DNA of 41,330 bases, taken from sequence record DRR378314_2665. One strand, written 5' to 3'. This document shows positions 30,219-37,245 of the stretch, piece by piece. The position numbers and the translations under genes are program-made. Numbering within the stretch: the stretch's first letter is position 1; every line of letters starts with the position of its first letter. The notes beneath the pieces are model-generated. The model was not told the origin of the DNA and did no database searches. It worked only from the letters and a program-made list of their open reading frames with translations.

Positions 30219-31095
30219 AGGCAATTGCTCCTTTTCCTACCCCTTCGAAGGCGCGAACTTCTACAGCCTGACCCGCATGCTTAGATTTAATTTCTGCTGC
30301 GAGAAAATCGGCAATACACTCAACTGTTGAGTCTGTTTCTATAACAAAGTTCTCTGCATTCGGAACAATAAGCTCAAACAGCCCCTGGTCAGCAACGTAG
30401 CTGTAATAGGTATGAGTCGAGTCGCTGGTTGCCGACGTTGCAGCCTCGGACAGTGTCAGTTCCTTTTTCGAACGAACATCTTCGGTAGTGCCTAGATAGA
30501 TGTCTTCCCACTTATCTGACCATTCTTTTTCCAACACCGGTTGGCGAATGTTATCCAGTCGAATTTGAATTTTTGAACGATGACCATGAGCAATACGTTG
30601 GCAATTACCGTCGTGCTTTTTCAAACCATGTGTGTAGTGATAATAAAAACCATCGATATTTTCAGGTCTCAAAAACAACTGCAGACCTTCGACATTAACC
30701 GGTAACTCGCGCTTTATAACGGCTTTCAGGTAGTCCGTTACTGTCTCCATGGAAACGACATCTGCATCGATAAAGGCAAAGGCATCGGCCGGGCAAAACA
30801 AATGAATAGAACCTTGTTCCGGGCGCAGAAAATCGACCCAGTTAGCGCTGTCATCAGAGTTGTGCGCAACTTTTGTATACGAATGCTCTGCCGGTACAAC
30901 CAGTTTATGATCAACCGAGTTATCGATAATGGCTTTAACCTGCTTTTTAACCCGACCAAAGTCGAGCACCATAGATTGCTCATTTAACGCGCCATCCAGC
31001 ACGATATCAACAATCCAACTCTCACCAACTATCCCCCTTTCAGGGCATAAGTAAGAGCAATCAATAACGGTCAAATCATTCACAAATAACTGCAT
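30211..31095 (-). CDS. Tandem 6-pyruvoyl/6-carboxy-tetrahydropterin synthase-like (QueD/PTPS T-fold) protein
   Basis: N-terminal domain has MVLDFG and DHKL. C-terminal domain has HGL..HDGNCQRIAHGH and STVE. Confidence 0.8.
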   Translation of the reverse strand: MQLFVNDLTVIDCSYLCPERGIVGESWIVDIVLDGALNEQSMVLDFGRVKKQVKAIIDNSVDHKLVVPAEHSYTKVAHNSDDSANWVDFLRPEQGSIHLFCPADAFAFIDADVVSMETVTDYLKAVIKRELPVNVEGLQLFLRPENIDGFYYHYTHGLKKHDGNCQRIAHGHRSKIQIRLDNIRQPVLEKEWSDKWEDIYLGTTEDVRSKKELTLSEAATSATSDSTHTYYSYVADQGLFELIVPNAENFVIETDSTVECIADFLAAEIKSKHAGQAVEVRAFEGVGKGAIAYA

Positions 31096-31154
31096 AGCGA
31101 GCTGTTCTCATCTCTTCTTCGGTAACTGTAACTAGTATAACCTGAAACGCTTTA

Positions 31155-31799
31155 TCAGATAAGCTCTATCAGGTTTGCCCATTCCCACAATAATTTTAAC
31201 GACAATAAAATAAGAGCAGCTCCCATCGTACGATCAACCCAATGACTGTAGTGCCAGAGTGTTTTAAAAATGCGCGGTTGAGTCAGCAACCAGGTGAGGA
31301 ATAAAAACCACAGGCCGGTCGCAACAATTAGATAAATACCGTAACCAAACTGGATAGCAAAAGGCGTTTCCGGGGCAATAATAGTAGTAAATAAAGTTAA
31401 AAAGAAAATAGTCGCTTTTACATTTAAGCCATTAGTAATAAAACCGACAATAAACGCTTTCCGTTTACGCGGCTGGGTAGCAACCAATTCACTATCGGAC
31501 ATATCCTTTCTGGGTTTAGCTTTAATGGCCTGAGTTCCAATGAAGCCTAAATAAAGTGCACCGGCACAAAGTAAAGTCTGATAGAGCCAGTCGGTCTGGT
31601 GAATAATCAGCGCCACACCAATAAGTGAATAGGTAACATGAATAATGATTCCTGATGCCACACCTAAACTCACCCAATAACCTGCCTTACGACCAAAGCT
31701 CAGGCTATAACGTGAAACCACCGCAAAATCAGGCCCCGGACTCGCGACCGCAAACAGGTGGATCAAAGCGATAGTTAAAAATTCACTCCAGTAAGACAA
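31155..31799 (-). CDS. LysE/RhtB-family amino-acid exporter
   Basis: SPGPDFAVV, YLG, GFITNGLNVKATIFF; about 6 TM. TTG start chosen from AGGAG spacing. Confidence 0.9.
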   Translation of the reverse strand: MSYWSEFLTIALIHLFAVASPGPDFAVVSRYSLSFGRKAGYWVSLGVASGIIIHVTYSLIGVALIIHQTDWLYQTLLCAGALYLGFIGTQAIKAKPRKDMSDSELVATQPRKRKAFIVGFITNGLNVKATIFFLTLFTTIIAPETPFAIQFGYGIYLIVATGLWFLFLTWLLTQPRIFKTLWHYSHWVDRTMGAALILLSLKLLWEWANLIELI

Positions 31800-31882
31800 C
31801 ACAAACTCCTTATTGCGCAATTCAACTTTAGATGTCAGAATCAAAGTTACTTTTTATTAATTACAGATTACTATTAATCAAC

Positions 31883-32767
31883 ATGAAAAACACTAAACTC
31901 CCCTCACTAAATGCATTGAGAGTGTTTGATGTCGCCGCCCGAAGTGGCTCTTTTAAACAAGCCTCGCAAGAGCTTGGGGTAACTCAGTCTGCCGTCACCC
32001 GACAAATACAAACTCTGGAAGAACAGCTCGAAGTTCGTTTGTTCCAGCGAGACAACCGGGTTCATTCGCTCACTCCTGTCGGTCTGGAATTAGCCCCTCA
32101 AATTGAGCAAATATTTGAACAACTGGAGCGTACCATTGAGCGCACCCGAAACCTGAGTGACAATACAACAACCCAGTTGACCGTCGCAATCAGTTCTGAG
32201 CGACTGCGCTTTTGGTTAGCAGCAAAGCTTGCCGATTTTCATTCTCTGTACCCGCACATTCAACTTAGCTTCAGCCGTTGCAATGAGTACTTTATTAATG
32301 AAAGCGCCGCAGAAATGGCGTCAGCAATACAACACCAAAGCTGGGATCTTGCCATTGGTTATGGAAAAGTCACGGATAAGCACATTCAGTCCATTGTGTT
32401 ACAGAAAAATCAGATGCTCCCGGTTTCTGCCATTAAGACCAATAACTCACCTTTCCAGTTGCCCTGGTTAATAAACCCTGAGAATCCCGATCATCAGGCA
32501 ATGTTAAAGACCTACAGTCAACAATTGAAATCCACACGCATTATTCACTGCAATGATGTGCAAATGTCACTGGACTTATCATCCGCTGAACAAGCCGTGG
32601 CACTAATTGACAGTAGTCTTATTACGCCCGGACTGTCTAATTTAAAAGTCTATAACGACTCCGCACAGCCCTGTCAGTATCCGCTAAGCATCTATTATCG
32701 AAAACGACAGAGGCAGCCAGTAGCCCTGGTAGCGTTCATAAAATGGCTGCAAATGATTATTTCTTGA
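31883..32767 (+). CDS. LysR-family regulator (GcvA-like HTH), divergent from the LysE gene
   Basis: LPSLNALRVFDVAARSGSFKQASQELGVTQSAVTRQIQTLEEQL..RLF.R. Confidence 0.92.
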   Translation: MKNTKLPSLNALRVFDVAARSGSFKQASQELGVTQSAVTRQIQTLEEQLEVRLFQRDNRVHSLTPVGLELAPQIEQIFEQLERTIERTRNLSDNTTTQLTVAISSERLRFWLAAKLADFHSLYPHIQLSFSRCNEYFINESAAEMASAIQHQSWDLAIGYGKVTDKHIQSIVLQKNQMLPVSAIKTNNSPFQLPWLINPENPDHQAMLKTYSQQLKSTRIIHCNDVQMSLDLSSAEQAVALIDSSLITPGLSNLKVYNDSAQPCQYPLSIYYRKRQRQPVALVAFIKWLQMIIS

Positions 32768-32815
32768 ATAAAGACTAAAAAACGCGCAGTCAGTTAGCCA
32801 AAGTTCATTTTTCAA

Positions 32816-32843
32816 TTTACATACATTCATGTTTGTATGTAAA
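32816..32843. promoter_or_regulatory. Palindromic TetR/AcrR-like operator upstream of pagL
   Basis: TTTACATACA-TTCATGTT-TGTATGTAAA: perfect 10-bp arms, AT-rich, no U-tail. Confidence 0.65.
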
Positions 32844-32875
32844 ATATCACCCCTTTTTGGTTATTGGAGAGTGAT

Positions 32876-33394
32876 ATGTGGTTAAGAGCATCACTGGTTG
32901 TACTAATAATATCGAGTTTTTCATCTTTTGCGGACGAGGTTCACGTTGCCGGCGCCTATTCTACAGATCAGCTACGAGGCGTAAGGGCTGGTTACCGGGT
33001 AACCGACTTACCAATTAAGTTGCCAAGTTGGATAGGTTCACCTGACGTTCATCTGGAAGCGGCCTTAAACCACTGGCAAGACTCAAATAATACAGCGGAC
33101 AATATTACTGCGTTCACAATTAGCCCGATTCTTTCCTGGCATGTAGCAGGAGCTGAACGCCCGCTTTATATTGAAGCCGGCATTGGCGGCAGCTACTTTG
33201 ACAAAACACGGATCGGTAATCGACGCTTATCAACCCAATTCCAGTTTGAAGATCGCGTATCGCTTTCGTGGCAATACAGCCAAAGTTCTGATGCTCGCAT
33301 TGCTTTGGGATATACACACTACTCAAATGCTGACATTAAGCGCCCAAATGATGGACTGGACTTTGTATGGATGAGCTGGGTTTTGCCATTTTAA
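32876..33394 (+). CDS. pagL: Lipid A 3-O-deacylase PagL (acyloxyacyl hydrolase family)
   Basis: Signal peptide, YIEAGIG, LSTQFQFED, catalytic HYSNA, PNDGLD, terminal Phe of an outer-membrane barrel. Confidence 0.85.
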   Translation: MWLRASLVVLIISSFSSFADEVHVAGAYSTDQLRGVRAGYRVTDLPIKLPSWIGSPDVHLEAALNHWQDSNNTADNITAFTISPILSWHVAGAERPLYIEAGIGGSYFDKTRIGNRRLSTQFQFEDRVSLSWQYSQSSDARIALGYTHYSNADIKRPNDGLDFVWMSWVLPF

Positions 33395-33469
33395 TATTTG
33401 ATGAGCGTTAGCGTTATTCAGTTGGAGTTGCTACATTTGATTCTAAGTTTTAGTTAAAATGGAGGTCTT

Positions 33470-33760
33470 ATGAAAAGCCAACTTATTAAATTATCTACAA
33501 TTGCAGCCAGTGCTTTATTTGTCACCGCTTGCGGAGGCCCTGAATCAGGCACCACACAGTGCACTATGGAACCGAAGGAAAACTGGCTGGATCAAGAGCA
33601 GTTCCAACAGTCGTTGAAAGAACAAGGTTACGAGATTAGTGAGTTTAAGGTAACTGACGGAAATTGTTACGAAATCTACGGTCAGGATAAAAGTAAACAG
33701 AAAGTGGAAATTTACTTTAATCCTGTAGATGGCAGTATCGTCAAGCAAGAAACCGAGTAA
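33470..33760 (+). CDS. PepSY-domain lipoprotein
   Basis: Lipobox FVTAC, 'QCT.EP.ENW', 'GNCYEIYG.D...KVEIYFNP.DG'. GGAGG RBS. Confidence 0.85.
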   Translation: MKSQLIKLSTIAASALFVTACGGPESGTTQCTMEPKENWLDQEQFQQSLKEQGYEISEFKVTDGNCYEIYGQDKSKQKVEIYFNPVDGSIVKQETE

Positions 33761-33782
33761 CTCAGTAAGGAAGGCAGTACCA

Positions 33783-34313
33783 ATGATCATTTGGGATAGA
33801 TTTATCAGAACTTTTCATTGGTTGTTGGTGCTGTGTTTTTGTCTCAATTACTTTTGGCTTGAACCCGGAGGCAGTTTTCATCAGGCCGTGGGTTATACTG
33901 CCGCAACCTTAGTTATTATAAGGATCATCTGGGGTTTTACGGGGCCGCCAAATGCACGCTTCCATAACTTCCTCCCTTCTGTTGTCGGAATTAAAGAACA
34001 CGTCGCAGAACTTCGCCACAGAAAAGTAAATCAGGGTCAGGGTCATAACCCACTCGGTGGTCTTATGGTGTTCTTTTTGTTGGCTTTATTCTTACTGCAA
34101 GCTATTACTGGCTTCCTCCGCGAAGAAATCAATGCACTCTATGGAGACAGTTTTCTAACCTCCGTTCATTCTGTTTCTGCCAACATCATTTTTGCTCTGG
34201 TTATTATTCATATCATAGCGGTAGTTGTTACCGCATATATTGGTAAAATAGAGCTTATTCGTCCTATGATCAGCGGCAAACGCCGAACCAAACACCATGA
34301 CCGAGCAAAATAA
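33783..34313 (+). CDS. Cytochrome b (Ni/Fe-hydrogenase cyt b / b561-like)
   Basis: WD..IR.FHW, HQ.VGY, RIIWGF.G, GHNPLGG and two further TM His residues. Confidence 0.87.
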   Translation: MIIWDRFIRTFHWLLVLCFCLNYFWLEPGGSFHQAVGYTAATLVIIRIIWGFTGPPNARFHNFLPSVVGIKEHVAELRHRKVNQGQGHNPLGGLMVFFLLALFLLQAITGFLREEINALYGDSFLTSVHSVSANIIFALVIIHIIAVVVTAYIGKIELIRPMISGKRRTKHHDRAK

Positions 34314-34905
34314 AAAGCGAGAACGTGTTTATCAGGTCTCCAGTAACAGGGAGAAGTCCTCTCATAAGCTGCGTTACGTTGAGGCATCTGCGCCTCATGA
34401 AGATGACTGCCGTTTATGCGTAGGTTCCCTTGCAACGACAGATGCGCAGCCTTGCGATTTTACAGTAGCCAATACCGGCTATAACGACATTTCCAAAATT
34501 GCATTTTTAGAAAAACAGCTTTATTCAAATGACGCTTATTCTGCGGCCTTTTTCTATCAGGCATTAAGACAATGGCCACACACCTTTTTAACTCTAAAGG
34601 CGGGAGAAAAAACGGCAGGTTATAGTTTAATGGTTCCGGTTTCTGACTCTGGTTTATCTCTTATGTCGCTATTGGTGGGAAAAATATTCCAGGGCAAGGG
34701 ACTGGGCAAGTTGCTATTAAGCGATTCCATAGCACTTGCGCGCAGCCTCGGTTATAAACAAATGGAGCTTAGTGTCGCGCCAGACAACGCCTCAGCAGTT
34801 TCGCTTTACCGGAGCTTTGGTTTTAACACCACCAAAACGGTGCGTGACTATTTAGGGCCCGGCCAGGACCGCTTGCTAATGACGCTTTCACTCTGGGAAA
34901 ACTGA
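34297..34905 (+). CDS. GNAT (RimI-like) N-acetyltransferase with N-terminal extension
   Basis: Acetyl-CoA motif FQGKGLGKLLL; LSVAPDNASAVSLYRSFGF. Confidence 0.85.
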   Translation: MTEQNKKRERVYQVSSNREKSSHKLRYVEASAPHEDDCRLCVGSLATTDAQPCDFTVANTGYNDISKIAFLEKQLYSNDAYSAAFFYQALRQWPHTFLTLKAGEKTAGYSLMVPVSDSGLSLMSLLVGKIFQGKGLGKLLLSDSIALARSLGYKQMELSVAPDNASAVSLYRSFGFNTTKTVRDYLGPGQDRLLMTLSLWEN

Positions 34906-35558
34906 TGTCGTCTCTTGACCTCTTTGCCAACGATGGTTCAGAACCTTTAAGCACCGAAATAAGTGAGCAAGCCACCCTGTTTCACCAGTTTTTGCTGGCG
35001 GATGATGAAGCTTTGCTCAATGATATCCGTGGCGTTTTAAAGCAATCACCGCTGCGTCACTTAGCAACCCCTGCAGGCCATAAAATGTCGGTAAAAAGTA
35101 GCAGTTGCGGAAGTTACGGGTGGCTCAGCGATAAACACGGTTATCGCTATCAGAATATCGACCCTGTAACAGGTCAGCCATGGCCCGACATTCCCCAAAG
35201 TATTTTAGTAAAAGCAACGCAGGTCTCACGCTTAGCCGGTTTTCAAAATTTTCAGCCAGACTCTTGTCTCATCAACGTTTACACGCCAGGCGCAAAAATG
35301 GGGCTCCATCAGGATAAAAACGAAGCCGATTTCTCAAAGCCCATCGTCTCATTTTCTTTCGGGTTACCTATAACCTTTATGTGGGGCGGTTTTAAGCGTT
35401 CTGATAAGTATCAGAAGTTCAGTCTTCAGCATGCTGATGCGCTTGTCTGGGGAGGAAAAGATCGCTTGAGATATCACGGAGTTCAACAGCTTAAGGAGGC
35501 TATGCACCCGTTAACCGGACGCTGTAGAGTAAATTTGACTATACGTCAGGCTGGTTAA
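34905..35558 (+). CDS. alkB: DNA oxidative demethylase AlkB
   Basis: TPAGHKMSV, CG.YGW.SD..GYRY, CLINVY, MGLHQD, RYHG, RVNLTIR. Confidence 0.95.
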   Translation: MSSLDLFANDGSEPLSTEISEQATLFHQFLLADDEALLNDIRGVLKQSPLRHLATPAGHKMSVKSSSCGSYGWLSDKHGYRYQNIDPVTGQPWPDIPQSILVKATQVSRLAGFQNFQPDSCLINVYTPGAKMGLHQDKNEADFSKPIVSFSFGLPITFMWGGFKRSDKYQKFSLQHADALVWGGKDRLRYHGVQQLKEAMHPLTGRCRVNLTIRQAG

Positions 35559-35563
35559 CTCAA

Positions 35564-36874
35564 TCAGCAGCTCCCCAACTTTTCCATGTAATTGAAAATA
35601 TCGTACTCTTTTGCTTTTGCCATAAGTTCATTGCGCTTTTCACTACAGAGGCTCTCTGTCGCAACGTGAAACTCCTGAAATAGCTGAAAGCTTTGTTGCA
35701 GCAAAGCGCTATCGCGCTGGTTAAAAAAGCCGTGATGTTGACTGCCCCAATAATGAGCATGATGAAACAACTGCTCTGCTACCTTGGCAAAAACTAAAGG
35801 ATTAAGTACCCGGTAATGGCGGTATTGCTGAAACAACTGATAATTGGCTTTACCCTGCTCTGTTAACAGATCCATAGGCTCGTCCATCAGCATATAATTG
35901 TATAAATAGTTATTATTGAATGATGCCAGACGTTGCCAGTATTCACGCTCATCATCGTTTTCGCAACTATCAATTCGAGCACTCAGTTCAGAGATATCAT
36001 AGAACCTAAAGTTTTTTAATAAATGGCCACGCATAAACCGCACGAATGAGTCAGACTGCTGCACCGCAAAATTCTCAAAGGCTTCGAAAAGCTCCGGCGT
36101 AACATAGTTAAATTTCGGCTTTAATGTCTGGTACTTATTCGACAAACAACGAAACCGCGGATGCTCTTTAAGACCATCGAGATCTTCATCATGTAAAAGG
36201 CTTTCCATGCCGGTGTAACGAAAATCTAAAGCAAGCTCAATACAGTCAAGGGCACTGTCCTGCTCTCCGGCTAACCAGTACACACACGCGGCGTTGTGCA
36301 AAATAGACGGGTTTAACCAACTGAATTGCGCCATGCTTAAGTAAACCTGAACTCCTGCATCCAGAAATGCCTGATCGGGCTTTTCTTTGTATGCATCACA
36401 GCAAAGAGCCAGATAGTATTGAATAAGATTATAGAACTCAGGGCTTTCCTGATAGGTTTCCCACTTCACATCGAAGTCTTCATTAAACCAACGCTCAATT
36501 AAAGCTAACGACTTTATAGGTGATAAATTTTCGGCTTTCGGAAGCGGTACACGTTCATCAACTTTATTGTCATTTGCGGCATTCACATTGGGTAATACAC
36601 TGTGGGCTTTCTTAGCTTGTGCTGGTGAGCGAAAAAGCTTATCGCCTATAACGACATAATGTTTGTCAACTAACCCAAAAGGCTTCACCGTAGCGGTTGC
36701 GACATCGAGCTCTGTAAAACACGTGCAATGCCCAGTTGTATGATTATACGAATAGATAAAACAACCATTAAAAAAATAGCTAAACTGAACATCACTTTCC
36801 AGAGGTTTACTGCACCCCATAAACACCGGGGTATCCGGCGTCACATTGACTGCTGTATTGGTTATAGTGCTCAC
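35564..36874 (-). CDS. Hypothetical protein with central TPR 'end-of-group'-like motif
   Basis: Long ORF. HNAACVYWLAGEQDSALDCIELALDFRY...LLHDEDLDGLKEHPRF resembles the N.AC.Y...D.DL..L...PRF TPR cap. GTG 36874 has an AGGAG RBS. Confidence 0.75.
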   Translation of the reverse strand: MSTITNTAVNVTPDTPVFMGCSKPLESDVQFSYFFNGCFIYSYNHTTGHCTCFTELDVATATVKPFGLVDKHYVVIGDKLFRSPAQAKKAHSVLPNVNAANDNKVDERVPLPKAENLSPIKSLALIERWFNEDFDVKWETYQESPEFYNLIQYYLALCCDAYKEKPDQAFLDAGVQVYLSMAQFSWLNPSILHNAACVYWLAGEQDSALDCIELALDFRYTGMESLLHDEDLDGLKEHPRFRCLSNKYQTLKPKFNYVTPELFEAFENFAVQQSDSFVRFMRGHLLKNFRFYDISELSARIDSCENDDEREYWQRLASFNNNYLYNYMLMDEPMDLLTEQGKANYQLFQQYRHYRVLNPLVFAKVAEQLFHHAHYWGSQHHGFFNQRDSALLQQSFQLFQEFHVATESLCSEKRNELMAKAKEYDIFNYMEKLGSC

Positions 36875-37052
36875 GGATAGCTCCTGTCGCAAGTTATTCA
36901 AAAGCCATTAATGGTGAATTAATAGACAGCGTTTAGACTATCTGCGTAACTCAGTGTATAAAAGAGGCTTTACAGAACTTTAACTTTCAAAGTGCAATTT
37001 CTGACTAGAAGCTAGAACCAATAATGACGAAATGCCTGCAGTCAGCGCTTTT

Positions 37053-37076
37053 TATAATTATGATAGTTATCATAAT
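37053..37076. promoter_or_regulatory. Fur-box-like palindrome
   Basis: TATAATTATGATAGTTATC matches GATAATGATAATCATTATC at 14/19 and overlaps the inverted repeat ATTATGATA-GT-TATCATAAT. Confidence 0.55.
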
Positions 37077-37165
37077 CGAAATTAAATGAAGGTAAAGCTT
37101 TTGTTTGTTTTTTAACCAGATCAAGTGAAAAGCTTTTAAAGAGAGGCCGCGAAGTTGGTTTTGCC

Positions 37166-37194
37166 TTGAAGGGTTCATCCGTGCTAACTATAGT
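37166..37194 (+). promoter_or_regulatory. Putative sigma70 promoter of ydbH-ynbE-ydbL
   Basis: TTGAAG-17 nt-TATAGT, 51 nt upstream of the ATG. Confidence 0.55.
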
Positions 37195-37245
37195 TATAAA
37201 ACAGCAAGTTAAAGAGCATCGTTTATTAAAAGGACTAATATCTAA

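Noticed and set aside
36975..37004. sigmaE-like GAACTT...TCTGA
   Set aside because: The spacer is 19 nt, versus the required ~16.
36902..37050. RyhB-like sRNA next to the Fur-like box
   Set aside because: The RyhB core (CACATTGCTTCCAGT) and a terminator hairpin are absent on both strands.
37024..37089. 21-aa hydrophobic sORF MTKCLQSALFIIMIVIIIEIK (+ strand)
   Set aside because: No convincing RBS, and the hydrophobicity is explained by the AT-rich Fur-like palindrome it crosses. Ribosome profiling would be needed to rescue it.
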